Part shown: in pieces, positions 1-13,247 of the stretch
How positions within the stretch are numbered: the first letter of the stretch is position 1
How the letters are laid out: the number at the start of each line of letters is the position of its first letter
From: Eledone cirrhosa
Lineage: Eukaryota
Direction of reading: 5' to 3'
Assembly (NCBI GenBank): GCA_964016885.1
Contig: OZ024743.1
Span: 192,386,001 to 192,450,000 of the forward strand
DNA: 64,000 nucleotides
Notes under the pieces: model-generated
Told to the model about the DNA's origin: nothing
The model's input: only the letters and a program-made list of their open reading frames with translations
Database searches by the model: none
Made by a program: the position numbers and the translations under genes

Positions 1-2682
1 TAGCATAGGCTGTCCACAATTCAAGATAGTCAGCTACACGGACCACAAATTCGTGATCTGTGTGCTTGACTTAGATAGGCTTCATAGACAAAGACCCGGC
101 TACTGGAAGCTAAACGCGTCCTTACCAGCGCGCAAGGCCTACAGAGACCGGATTAGCGAACTAGTTAAGCGGGCGTTGACGGGGGCCATCGTCAACAACA
201 AGTGGTGGTTTGCTCTGAAAAGAGCAATTAGAATAGAGTCCATTAGGTTTAGTAAGACTTTAGCAATAGAGAAAAATAGAGCAGAGGGAGAATTAGTTAG
301 AAAATTAGATGAGGCGCTTAGCAAAGGCATCGCGACCGACGTACTTGCGGCGAAATTGGCCCTTGACCAATTCTTCAATGCAAAGCACGAAGGCTGCGTT
401 GTCAGAGCTAGGGTGCGTGCTCTCAGACACGAGGGGACGAAAGCCGTTCAATGGGCCCGAGTGGCGGAGGCGCGTCGTGGCAATAAAGCCACGATCCGGT
501 CTTTGGTGGACCACGACGGGCGCATGCTACTCGATCCCGGGAAAATGTGTGAAGCTTTTCAGCGACACTTCGCTCAACTGTTCGGGGGCAGAGTTCAAGA
601 TGTTGGCCAAGGTGCTAGCAAAGAGGTTGGCGCTTGTCGTTGGTGGTCTGGTGGGAGAGGCACAGACATGCGCCATTCCCGACAGATCCATCCACGACAA
701 CTTCCACCTCATGCGATACATCGTAGAGAGGGTAGCTAGGGAACCTGGCACGGGTGGGTCTTTGATCAATTTAGATCAGTCGAAAGCCTTCGATAGGGTC
801 GACCATCGTTACCTAGCGGCAGTCCTGAGGGCGGCTGGCTTTGGGCCCGTCTTCAGAGGCTGGATCGCTGCCATGCACAGCGACATCTGCTCTGTAGTGA
901 GAGTGAACGGTCACCTTTCGGAACCGTTCAACATCATGCGCTCGGTCCGCCAAGGATGTCCCCTCTCGTCCCTATTGTACGTATTGACTCTCGAGCCATT
1001 ACTGCACAAACTGGAGACGTTGAGGGGGGTCCCGCGCGAACTAGGATGCGGAAGATCCGTGTCAGCATATGCCGACGATGTCACCGTAGTGGTGTCGAAC
1101 GCCAAACACATCGAGGCGATCGGCACTACACTAAGAGAATACGAAGCGGTGACAGGAGCAATGATCAACCAGGAAAAGTCAGTGGGCCTGCAGCTCGGCA
1201 CCTGGAGAGGCAGGTCCATGCCGTCCAACAGCGTCGTCGGGCGCTGGACGGACGGACGGACCGGTTAAATTGCTAGGGGTCTGGTTCGGTCCAGACCTCC
1301 AGACGGACAAAAACTGGGACGAGGTGACGAGCAGGGTGGCTTCTCTCACCCAGAAATGGGCCGAGAGGAAGCTATCCCTGAAAGGTCGAGCGGAGGTGGC
1401 GAATGCGTACATCGCATCCGTCATCTACTACCGCCTGACCGTCGTACCTTGTCCTAAGCCCCGCCTGACTGCGCTGGAGCGTTTGCTCTTTCGCTTCTTG
1501 TGGAAGGGACGCGCTCCGATGGTCAGGCGGTCCATCTGCTGTCAACACCCGCTACGTGGAGGGCTGGGCATGCCGTGGCTGATGATGCGCAGACACGCGC
1601 TCAGGCTACGACATCTCCACCTCTTCCTCGACGGTGATCAGGTGTGGTCGCCGTTTGCTAGACACGTTTTTCCCCAGCTCGTCTCCTTGACGGAGCTGCA
1701 GTCCTGGGTCAAGCGAAGACCGAGAGGGAGCGCTTGGAGACTGGAATGTCTTCAGGCGCTCACAGCCCTCGACCAATCGGGCAATGTGATCGGTGGAAAC
1801 TCCACCTTGGCGTTCTATAGGGGATTAGTGGAGGGGAAGAGCGACGACGTACTTGGAGAAACTCTAGGCGTCGACGAAAATCAACTAGCCAATCTCTTCG
1901 GAAGGACTTTCGGGCCGGAGCCTATGGACAACTTCCAGAAATCCCTGGCCTGGCAGTGCTACCGGGGAGCCTTGCCAGTTCGGGATAAACTCTACAGACA
2001 TGGAAGTGCCGTCAGCCGGGCATGTCCGAGATGCGCGCAGGGCGACGAAACCGTCCTGCACGCACTCGTCCAGTGTCCGAGCATTGCTGACTTGTGGGTT
2101 TATGTCGAACACCTGCTGTCACGTGTAGGACGGATCCAGCTATCAGCTGAGTCCATCGTGAGGATTGCCCCGCCCCCTTCCTTTAGCCTGGAAGGGCAGG
2201 CAGTTTTTATCTGTCTGGTGGCCATGGCGAAAGAGATAGTATGGTGGACACGTTTGAAAGGGCTGAAGACGAGCACTTACCTCTTCGGTGATGCCCTGAT
2301 TAACTTTTTCAAATTTCATTTGAAAAGGAAAATCAGGGTAGAGAGGGAAGTGCTCTCTTCCCAGCATTTTGTTGAAAGATGGGTGAGAGAAGCAAGTATG
2401 GCCCGAATGAATGGGCCTTCTCTGAGTATGTGTCTGTAAATTAAAGGTGGAAAACTGGGAGAGGGCACTTGCCCTGGTGGTCAGGGCCACTGTGGTCTTT
2501 TAATGGGCTTTCTCCACAAATGTCCCTCGGAAGTCTACCCCCTATTGGGGAATTTTTCTTTGTTATTTTATTTCAACCTCCGTTTTTTTTACACGCAGAA
2601 ATGCCCATTTGTACCGTCCTGTATTGTGCTGTACTGTCCTTAATGTCTACTTTATGTAAACCCTTGTGGTTAATAAAGAAAA

Positions 2683-2733
<51 letters not shown>
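1..2733 (+). mobile_element. Tx1/L1-like non-LTR retrotransposon, ORF2 3' part plus 3' UTR and (TTA)n tail; broken by an internal deletion and frameshifts
   Basis: End of endonuclease (DHK..., YWKLNASL); RT motifs LDQSKAFDRV, RQGCPLS, YADD; C-terminal CPRC..ETVLHALVQC knuckle; AATAAA near 2672 followed by (TTA)n at about 2685-2733. GC-rich relative to flanks. Confidence 0.9.
309..2439 (+). pseudogene. Tx1-like reverse transcriptase and C-terminal zinc-binding region, split over two frames
   Basis: RT-like sequence starts only at about 587 (AEFKMLAK), implying a deletion; frameshift near 1255 at a GACG duplication; ORF 1270-2439 carries the thumb and CCHC region. Confidence 0.85.
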
Positions 2734-2734
<1 letters not shown>

Positions 2735-2852
2735 TTTGTATTATGAATTCAGAATTGATTTCATCGTGTATCCCAATTGAAGAATAAACGGAATTTAGAA
2801 TAACAAATTCTATTTGCTTTTTTCTTCTAATATATAAGGAACAATTTCATTT

Positions 2853-2879
2853 CCGGGCAACGCCGGGGGCCTCTACTAG
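2853..2879 (+). mobile_element. Helitron-like 3' terminus (hairpin plus CTAG)
   Basis: CCGGGCAACGCCGGG hairpin then CTAG, closely resembling the terminus at 13220-13247. The next base is C rather than the usual T. Confidence 0.55.
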
Positions 2880-4286
2880 CTATTATTATTCACAAACAAA
2901 AAATAAATCTGTATAAAATACTCTAACATAAATTGATGCTAAAACGATGTGACTGAAGTTTATTTTTAGAGTCAACTACTCAGAAGTAATTGTTCCGGAA
3001 AGTTATGTAAACCAAGGGCATTCAATTAGTGTATTTCTAATAGACATATCAAAATGCAAACGGAATTCGAACTCAAGAACTTTTGAGCTGGTCATCCCAA
3101 TGATATGTGTACTAGAATTAATATTTTACTGACTTTGTCATGTGATTGAACTGGTCGGCCAAGTGATCAGAACTATTTCATCTAACTATCATTTAAATTG
3201 TTCAGACTTTGTTTTTTAGTTAAATAAAGCTTTTAATATAAGCCCTTGGCTTGTCTTACAACAATGTATTCAATTAAACTAAAACTAACGAGCATTTTAA
3301 TGCAGTTTTCCCTTGCTAGAGCAGGAGTTAGAATTACAGATCGCATGACAGGCTTTCTACTCATCATATGATCTTTTTATGGCCAAATGCCAATTTATTT
3401 TAGCTGCCTCTTACAACATAGTTAGGGATACAGTGTACAATGATTTATTCAACAGAATAGCAGAAATTGTGAAAATATGTAAATTCATCTGTAACAGAAT
3501 CAGAATGGTGACATTAGCAGAGATCAATCAGCAATTTTCCCCAATACTAGTACAGATGCCAACAAACTACAAATTATCATCAGTCATATTATTTCATTCA
3601 TTTATAATTATTTTGCACACTTGAAACTGAGTATGCTATAATGACTCAACTTGAAATAATTTTTGTGAAGCATCATAACATATAACATAACGAGGAAATA
3701 AGATCAATATGAAGCAAATTTGTAACATCTTGCATGAAACTGTACATTTGCAGCTGTGGCAGATGAGGAATGTGGCTCTCAAGCAATTTGTGATGTATTC
3801 AGGCCTGTGTAACAAGCACAGGTCAAATGTGAAATGTAGGTCACCAAAGCTGGCAGTAGGCCCAGTCCAGATGTATAATATAAACTCTAATAACTGGTAA
3901 TAGCGGTCCAGGTCGGGTGTGAAATGTACAACACCAAAATTGGTAATAGGACAAAGGTATAATATGAGCCCTCAAATCTAGTTAGATGTACAAAGAAGAC
4001 ACCCTTCACTGGTAGTGGACCCAAGACAGTCAAATAGTTCATTAAGTATTGTGGGGCTAGGGAGCCAGAAATGCAGGGGAGCTAGAAGCGAAGAGGCGGT
4101 ATTGCCAGAATTGAGGGCCAAGTGACATCATATCGGAAATGCAGGTAGGGTCTCTCTCTTGGTCCACAGCAGAGTGTGGACTCTTTGATATGACTGGTAC
4201 GAAGGAGTGTGTGGATTTTGCTGTTCTCTGGCCAGATACGAAACAGGTGAACATCACACAGGGAGGAGGGAAACCGGTCACTTCAA

Positions 4287-4502
4287 CCCTTTAGCATTTT
4301 CATTACTTTATATTTATTATTGTATTTTCACAGTAAAGGCTTTATCTCGCATAATTATCTCACATAATATCAACGATACAAGATTTTGATGTTACTTATT
4401 TTGAGAACAATACCATTAGTATGAGTAGCCGATTGTGGCTGGTTTGAACAGAAAGGGGTGAGAGAATTCTGGCTGGATACGGCTGGTTTAAATGCTAAAG
4501 GG
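4287..4502. mobile_element. piggyBac-like MITE (CCCTTTAGCATTT TIRs, TTAA-type target)
   Basis: CCCTTTAGCATTT...AAATGCTAAAGGG followed by TTAA; same family as the copies at 26129, 31628, 32959 and 33314. Confidence 0.75.
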
Positions 4503-4647
4503 TTAAACCTCTGGCCTACATGTACTACCCTACACTTCCTGTTAGTCAAACGTGTGTCAAATCTGAAATAAAATTGTTGCGTCACACATCCATTTTGTTT
4601 TGAGACCGACAGATGCTAAGAAGATAATGATGGAATAAAAAGAAAGT

Positions 4648-4721
4648 TGACCACTATGGGGATGGAACAGAGAACATTCACGTTATTAGCACAACACACA
4701 TATCAACTGAGCTAACCAGCC
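4648..4721 (-). pseudogene. Degenerate tRNA-Ile(AAT)-like sequence
   Basis: Minus strand GGCTGGTTAGCTCAGTTG...GTGCTAATAACG...GTTCCATCCCC...GGTCA, 74 nt, collinear with eukaryotic tRNA-Ile(AAT) but with broken D and T arms. Confidence 0.7.
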
Positions 4722-5591
4722 TACATTGTTTTAACTTTCAAAATTAAGATGGGGCACACACACATACAAATATCAAAATATATATATGATCTGTGGAAAA
4801 AATGTTCAACCTTAAGTTGAGAAAAAAAATGATGTATTTGGTTGGATTCAATTGCTAATCACCTTCCTAATAGGTTCTGTGTGGGCGTCTTTATATATTC
4901 TACTAGTAACAATATATAAAGACACACACACACACACACACACACACAAGGCTGGACTTTTACCTGCTGTGTCTCTAAGCTAAATGAAATTTGAGACCCC
5001 TCTCTAAAAATATTCAGGTAAAAAATTTTAAATAATTATATATAATTATTCTCACCAGGAAACAAATACACAAGTATCAGAACCGACATTTAGAATCAGC
5101 TGTCGAAATAGTGTGTAAAATTACAGAGCTCGTTATACCAACAGCATGCTTCATTAACTGACAGAATCTAACAGTTTAACATAGCAACCCCATACCTTTC
5201 AGGTTTAAAACACGTTTGAATCAATTGTTTCTTTTCAGAAGAAAGTCTTGAAGACGTAATGTGCTATACAGTTGTCAAAATATTTAAAAATTGTTGTCAT
5301 TATTACTTTAATTTTTTAAATATTATTGTTAATGATAAAGAATAAATAATATATATCAATATATACATATCTATATACATTAATAATTGTTTCTACTTTT
5401 GGCACAAGGCCAGCAATTACCCAGTACATTACTGGTACATTATTTTATCGACCCCTTGAGGATGAAAGGCAAAGTTAACCTCGACGGGATAATATATACA
5501 TTAATAATAATATTCAATTAGTTTGCAATTATGCAAACAGCCTCTTTTAAGCCATGTCAGTAGAATGAGCCCCTCATTCTTGCAAACAGAA

Positions 5592-5647
5592 CTGCAGACA
5601 CTAATGTTTCTGCAGACACTAATGTTTCTGCAGACACTAATGTTTCT
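5592..5647 (+). repeat. 18-bp tandem repeat x3 (CTGCAGACACTAATGTTT)
   Basis: Directly visible. Confidence 0.9.
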
Positions 5648-5765
5648 GGCTGATTACCCTTCATCAGTACAGTATACTGCCTACCTGACAACTGTCAGAG
5701 CTAGTGAAAATATGATATTTTCGAAAATATATAGTGACTGATATACATACATAAGAGATAAAGAG

Positions 5766-6097
5766 CCCCTTTGGTCACAAATGACCATGATGGGATTTTC
5801 ACAGTGTAAATTTTCTCCGGGGTACAAGTTCGGGCAAGGTTGTTTGTGGAAGACCAGCAGTTGCCCATGCATACCAGCCTCGCCTCTCCACGCCACCGAT
5901 GATGTCCAAGGGAAAGTCAATGGCCGATACAGCTTGACACCAGTGACGTCGTAACTCATTTCTGCAGCTGAGTAAACTGGAGCAATGTAAAATAAAGTGT
6001 CTTGCTCAAGGACGCAACGCATCACCGGGTCCGAGAATCAAACTCACAACCTTCTGTTTGCAAACCCAATGCTCTAACCACTAAGCCATGCACCTCC
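5766..6097 (-). mobile_element. tRNA-derived SINE
   Basis: Minus-strand head GGAGGTGCATGGCTTAGTGGTTAGAGC (A box) ... GAGTTTGATTC (B box), then a CCTTGAGCAAGACACT body. Fragments of the same body recur near 46700, 50410, 50690, 58350 and 63580. Confidence 0.8.
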
Positions 6098-6098
6098 A

Positions 6099-6208
6099 TA
6101 TACATACATACATACATACATACATACATACATACATACATACATACATACATACATACATACATACATACATACATACATACATACATACCATACCATA
6201 CACACACA

Positions 6209-6272
<64 letters not shown>
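6099..6272. repeat. Compound microsatellite (TACA)n/(TA)n
   Basis: Directly visible. Confidence 0.95.
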
Positions 6273-6275
<3 letters not shown>

Positions 6276-9200
6276 TCATCATCATCATCATCCTCGTTTA
6301 ACGTCCACTTTCCATGCAAGCATGGGTTAGACGGGAGTTGTCCCACTTGAGGCAAGGTTGGTCGGGTGACCGTGTCTCGCTCATATAGGACTATCTGGCA
6401 GGTTTTCTACGGCTGGATGCCCTTCCTAACACCAACCACATTTACAGTCTGGAACTGGGAACTTTTTACTGTGTTACCTACACGGCCACATTACAGCGTG
6501 GACTGTGTGTTTTTTTCTCGTGACACCTACACGATCTCGATCTCGATCTCATTTATCTCATTTATTTGGACTGGATGTTGTGGTACCAACTTTATAGAGA
6601 GAGGGTGGTGTTGGTGGGAGTGGGAGGATAGGGTAGGGATAGTGGATTGGGGTGTATATTTGGTTAAGAGGTGCCTACTGACTGTAGGTTTCGCTTTGTA
6701 CATAGGCAAGGCGGGTCTTCTGTATTACTGCGTAGCGCCAAAGATCTCGGTCCAGTGACATTGTCTTAGAGAGGTGTAAGTGTGTAAGGTCGGAATTTGT
6801 CAGATCGTCCCAGGTTTTTCTGCGTCTACCTACTCCGTAACTACCATCAATTTTGATCGCCCTGCACTTTTTTATACAGCTGTCATCTTTCATGCGCATC
6901 ACGTGGCTATACCAACGTAGTCTTCTCTCGAGTAAACAGCATCTGATCCCTCTTATTCCTAATTTGTCACTTAGTTCATTTATGCTTTGCCGTTCACGTA
7001 TATTGCTATTACACATCCGACGGAGCATGCATGCTTCGTTCCTTTCCAGTCTACGCAGGTCCTCTGCATGCAATGCCCATGTCTCACTGCCATGTAGCAT
7101 TGCTGTTCGTATACAAACATCATACAATCTGCCTTTCATTTTTAGAGAGAAACCTTTTGTGGCCAACAGCGGTATAAACTCTCTGAACTTTTTCCATCCC
7201 GTTCTGACTCTGGCTACTGTACTTTCAGAACACCCTCCACCCCTTCTAATTTCGTCACCCAGGTAACGGAAAGTGTCTACTATTTCTATAGAACCATCTG
7301 GGCAATAGAAGGGGCTAGTATCCTGTGGACACTTGCTACCTATTGCACCTGAGCATCGGCCACATATAAAGTCTACGTTCTTAGATAATTTACCTGTGAT
7401 CCCACTACATCTTTTATGTACCCATACTTTGCATTTGGGACATAAAATTAAATTTCTGCCTACTCCTTTCCTACACACTGAGCAAGGCCATTTCCCTGAG
7501 GGCACCTATGCCTTATTTTCCTTTCTACAAACTAGGACTTTAGTCTTAGACAAGTTAATTTTAAGGCCTTTTGATTCTAGGCCATGCTTCCATGTTTGGA
7601 ATTTCTTTTCTAGTTCAGCCATTGATTCAGCTATGAGCGTTAGATCATCTGCGTATAGGAGTTCCCATGGGCAGCCGGTCTTGAACTCCTCTGTTATAGC
7701 CTGAAGGGCAATAATAAATAGGAGGGGGCTAAGGACAGAGCCTTGGTGAACACCAACTTTTACACTAAATTCTTCACAATATTCATTGTTAATTCTAATC
7801 CTACTGACTGTTTCATTATACATAGCTTGTATAGCTCTCACAAGCCATTCATCTACACCTAGTTTTCTAAGAGCCCACCAGATAATGGAGAGGTGGACTC
7901 TGTCAAATGCTTTTTCCAGGTCTACAAAAGCTAAGTAGAGGGGTTTACTTTTAACTAGGTACTTCTCTTGTAGTTGTCGTACAAGGAAAAGAGCGTCTGT
8001 GGTACTTTTACCTGACACAAACCCAAACTGCATTTCATCTAGATCAATTCGCTCTCTGATTAGTTGCGCTATAACTCTTTCTGTGACCTTCATGACCTGG
8101 TCAATTAACTTAATGCCCCTATAGTTTCCTCTATCTAGAGCATCTCCTTTACCCTTGTAGCAGTTAATGATGATAATGCTACGCCAGTCTTTTGGTATGA
8201 CCCCATTCTGTATTACTTGATTAACTATACGGATGACCATAGTATGTCCCACCATTCCAGATGCCTTCAACATCTCAGCAACTATCTCCGAAGGCCCAGC
8301 TGCTTTGCCTGTCTTCATATCCTTGATTGCCTTACTTATTATACTACCTTTAACTTGCACCGCTGGTCCTTCTATTGGATCGATTTGGGGCAGACTATCT
8401 TTTTCCCATTTATTCTCCTCATTTAATAGTCTCTCGTAGTGACACTTCCAGGCTATCTTCTTATCAGCATCAGTGAGGGCAAGTACACCGTTATCATTAT
8501 GGACACACTTCTCCTCGACAATATCACGGTTTTCCTTGACACATTGTCTAGCAATCCTGAACACCTCGCGTTTTTAGTCCTCGCGTTGTAGAACATGCTT
8601 GAACTTTCTATTCTCTGCTTCCCTTTTTGCAAGGTACACTTGTCTCCCAGCTTTTCTCCTGGCCACTTGATAGTGTTCTCTACTTCCCCCATCCTGCCAT
8701 ACTTTTCAAGCCTGCTTTTTGGCCTTGATTGTCTCTTCTACCTTACTGTTCCACCACCAAGTTACTCTCTTCCTGCCAATAGGTCTGCTCCAGCCACAGA
8801 TTTCATCCGTTGCTTTCAGCAGGTTCACTTTCAAGAATTGCCACTGTTCCTCTATATCGCACGTCTCTAATTGCTCTTCCTTATTGTCAAAGGCATCAAG
8901 TAATAAGCTTTTAAATTTGTCACTGGCTATGGGGTCCTTCAACTTCCATATTCTTCTCCTCAAGGTAGGCCTCCTCTGTCGTCGAGTACGTCTATTTCTG
9001 ACTGTGAGGTCACTAACTACTAGGCTATGTTGGGAGGTGCATTCTTCACGGGGGAGGGATTTAGTGTTTACAACAGACACTTTGTCCCGTCTTCTAGTAA
9101 GGATATAATCTATCTGGCTGGCGTGTTCGCCTGATCTATAGGTGATCAAGTGGTTTTCACGTTTTTTGAAGTTTGTGTTACAGATAGTTAGGTTATTGGC

Positions 9201-9454
9201 GTCACAGAATTCCAGGATTCTGAAGCCTTCCTCATTTCTATTTCCAACCCCATAGCCTCCATGGATTCCATCATAGCCATCACTATGTTGTCCAACGTGG
9301 TCGTTTAGATCGCCAGCAATAATTAGGTAGTCGGTGTCGGTTATTTGGGAGGTAGTGTGCATTAGCGTCTCATAGAACCTGTTCTTTGTAACGTCAAGTA
9401 GACCAGATTGGGGTGCGTAAGCAGATATTATTGTCACAGTAGTTTTATTTAGAA

Positions 9455-9458
<4 letters not shown>
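6272..9458 (-). mobile_element. RTE-clade LINE, 5'-truncated, with (GAT)n tail; ORF2 interrupted by stops and a frameshift
   Basis: APE motifs (ISAYAPQ, GDLNDHVG, SQIDYIL); RT motifs (FVDLEKAFDRV, VHQGSVLSP, YADD); RTE C-terminus (RRLRWYSHVMR, GRRRKTW). Both ends abut (TA)n. Confidence 0.92.
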
Positions 9459-9510
<52 letters not shown>

Positions 9511-10087
9511 AATATAAATTTAGCGAGAATCGCATTTCGGCGGGTAGAAATTAGCGAAACGCAACTTCCATATTGTGCAGACAAGCGCTCCATCGATATG
9601 AAGAAGAAGATACGAGAGCTATAAACATAAGTTAAAATGGTCCTACACGCTGAGACGATGGTTAAGAAGCCATTAACCACCATAGCAAAAAAGCGAACAA
9701 GCTAAACGGATCAAACAAAATGAGATATGATTGAAATATTTACCCAGACCCTCAGGGAAGATGGAATACTCCTAAATTGGGTTTCTGCAACACCTAAATC
9801 AATAATACTGTCTGCTTATAAAAAAATAAGCTTTTGGTATAAAGATCGAACAAGGCATCGCTTTCTCGACCGGTTTTTGTTCTTCTTGCGCCAGAATCTC
9901 GCAGGTTATGAAAGCACATGCGAGATTCTAAGGGGAGAAAACCCTTATTTTGGCCAGTGAATTCAGCATGTGTAGTTATTCCAAAAATTTGCAAAAACCG
10001 CAGAAAACGAATTGTTTTTTAAATAAAATTAAGCGATTAATCAGTCAATAGAATTAACTAAAAGCCCCCAAAATAATTAACTGGTTA

Positions 10088-10370
<283 letters not shown>

Positions 10371-10419
10371 GTATATTAATTCAAAATATTAACAAAATAG
10401 ATATTGTTGTGATCAATTA

Positions 10420-10486
10420 TATTTTATTATACATATTTCAGAGGTACTGAGTTAACTTCAACAGTACATCCTCATCAGATAAAATA
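10420..10486 (-). ncRNA. Minimal type I hammerhead ribozyme at the PLE 3' end
   Basis: Minus strand TATTTTAT-CTGATGA-GGATGTACTG..CAGTACCTCT-GAAA-TATGTA-TA-ATAAAATA: 8-bp stem I and intact core. Confidence 0.75.
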
Positions 10487-11814
10487 AGATGATGCATGAC
10501 ATACCCTGACATAGTAGATGGTTAAGATTCAGTCATGGTAGTGAGTAATATATGACAAAACTCAATATTTATACCTTAATATTGAGAACATGAGAAATAT
10601 ATATAATACATACAATAGAGAGGGTGGTGTAATATAGCTTAAAAAATACATGGCATCAATATAACAGTTGAAAAATTTAAATTACTGAAGAAAGAGGAAA
10701 GAAAGGAAAGCATGGAGGTAGAAATAGCTGATGGGATAATATAGTTAGTAGGTGCCTCGAAAGACAAATGAGAGGTGATTAAAGAGAGAGAGAGAGACAA
10801 AGGGGAATAATTTATGTTCAAGCTTATAGACAATTAACCATACATACAATATATATCTAAACTTATTTGGTTGACCGTTAATATTCAAAATATTTAATTT
10901 AAGTTAGTTCAGAGTAATGAATAATATTTTAGGTTTTAAAAGTTAATAGGTATCTGTATTAATATTATAGTATACTATCAAGTTTAATTTCTAAAATTCA
11001 AATTTTATGAAAGTAAACTTTACCAAAATTATTTATAATATTGACAACAGTTTATATAATATAATTTATAAAATAATTATAGTTATAATTATTAAAGAAT
11101 TTATGATTAACAATTTGAGTGCCTAAAGGATCAACAGGCCTTATAATTAAACTTAAAGAGGTCTGAATTTTAAATTATATATATGTGTTAATCAAAAAAT
11201 ATACAAGGATTATATTGTCTAAAGACTTAAGGTGATAACTTTCAAATATACATAACATAATACAATAATACAATATAGTAAATAAGTTACGGAAAATATT
11301 GTTAAAAAAATATTTTTAAAAATTAATGTTTCATATCAATTCTTGTAAAAGGATCATTTAGTTGATATATACTATAAATATATAAGTCAAAACTACATGA
11401 GTCCTAAGGATAAGGGCTAGATACAAAATAAATATAAAAATAAAAAGTGAAAAATAATGAATTGTTTGCGAAACTTAAAAATGCCCAATATTAAAAAAAT
11501 ATAGTTTAAAATGTAATAGGGTTTTAATATATAGTAGACAAAAGATACTTCTAAAATGTCCAGCGAGTGTGATAGAAAGAGGAGCTAAAGACTTGAAAAA
11601 GCCGAAGGTAATCTAAATTTAATTAAAATAAATTAAATTATATTAAATTAAGTAATAATCATTATATAATTTCGAACATCCAGGAAATATCTAACACTTA
11701 TAACAATAGAGAGTCATTTGAGTATCTAAATTATTTATAAATGTAACTACGAGTATGTTATTACACTAGATAGACATATTTGTACAACTATATATAGAGA
11801 GTATTATAGGTTAA

Positions 11815-13247
11815 TCATAATCTATAAAGCTCAGTGTGTGGACATGCTCCTTTGTTATAGAAATCTACGATATAGAATTTCTTCAATTGAAATTTACAAT
11901 TTAGTATTCGAAATAACTTCGATTGCGTCTTGGCACATCTAATTTTTTCAATTTCACCCACAATTACGCAAAAAATAGATAAAACTCAATATTTTACGAT
12001 TTTTCTCTCTCATTTAAACTGCTAAATTCTTTCTACTACCATTCAAAATCTATACAACTTCATACTTTCTGCTACTTTCTCTTTCCAAGCTTTTACTCTC
12101 TCATATCATCTGCCTACCTCTATCTACAACCCACACATTTTGCTACTTTCTCTTTTATACTTCAAACTTACTGATTTATTTACAAACGCATACAAACACA
12201 CACTGACTTCAAATGATAAAAAAAACATTTAAAGCAATTAAACAACGTGCGTGATTTATAACCACACTAACTTTTAGTTGCTCAATTATTACATTTCATA
12301 CGAAACGACAATTATTCAAAAGCAAGAGATACATTTATTCAACAACAAGCGATAAATCTTTTTTAAAACCTCTCAACGAACGTGGATTCTTACAGACTTT
12401 GAGTCGAATCGGTTTGAAATTGTGCAAATGTATAAACATGGAACATGTGCACACACACAACAACAACAACAATCTGCCTTTTATAGATAATGATAAACAA
12501 TAATATCCTCTATGAGATCACTAAACCTGCTAGAAACAGCAGCTAACTCTCCCCCATACCACACCCCTCCCTACTGTCTTAAATTTAGAAAACATATCTT
12601 CTATGAGGTCACTAAACCTGCTAGAAACCGCAGCTAACTCTCCCCCATATCACACCACTCCCCACTGTCTTAAATTTAGAAAACACATATCCTCTATGAG
12701 GTTACTAAACCTGCTAGAAACAGCAGCTAACTCTCCCCCATATCACACCCCTCCCTACTGACTTAAATTTAGAAAATATATCTTCTATGAGGTCTCTAAA
12801 CCTGCTAGAAACAGCAGCTAACTCTCCCCCATATCACACCACTCCCTACTGTCTTAAATTTAGAAAACATATCCTCTATGAGGTCACTAAACCTGCTAGA
12901 AACAACAGCTAACTCTCCCTCATATCACAACCCTCCCTACTGTCTTAAATTTAGAAAACACACAGACAACCATGCAGAACAACTCCATCGCAGCTCTGTT
13001 GTTCGGCTGGCATCGTCTACGCGCGTGTTGCGCAAGTACTGTGAAACAATAAATTCCAACACTTTTTGCACAGAGATAATATCCAAAGGCGAAACTACAA
13101 TTGTCACTGCTGGCGCAGCTCCTGCTTCCAGGTCTGCAATTCATTCACCCAGTGCCTAGCAGACAAAAAAGTGCTGCCATAAAATGGGTGGTGCAACCTA
13201 ACTTTGATAACTTAATGACCCCGAGCAACGCCGGGCTTTAATGCTAG
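11815..13247 (+). mobile_element. Non-autonomous Helitron
   Basis: Starts TC (TCATAATCTATAAAGC), ends with hairpin CCCGAGCAACGCCGGG then CTAG, inserted between A and T with no TSD. The empty site TTAA/TGAAACG is preserved in the sister arm near 17870. Confidence 0.9.
12502..12960 (+). repeat. About 91-bp minisatellite x5 inside the Helitron
   Basis: Unit ATATCCTCTATGAGGTCACTAAACCTGCTAGAAAC...GTCTTAAATTTAGAAAAC. Confidence 0.92.

Noticed and set aside
3820-4030. Faint periodicity around TGTGAAATGTA..CACCAAA..TGG
   Set aside because: Too degenerate to define a repeat unit.
5055-5160. Minus-strand segment bounded by AG and GTGAG
   Set aside because: Stops in all three frames and no partner exons; at best an unverifiable non-coding exon.
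6002-6355. ORFs with IHTY, YI and MYVC repeats (also 41011-41582)
   Set aside because: Translations of microsatellites.
9459-9683. N-terminal part of ORF 8706-9683
   Set aside because: Read-through across (TA)n into unrelated sequence; RTE homology stops at about 9458.
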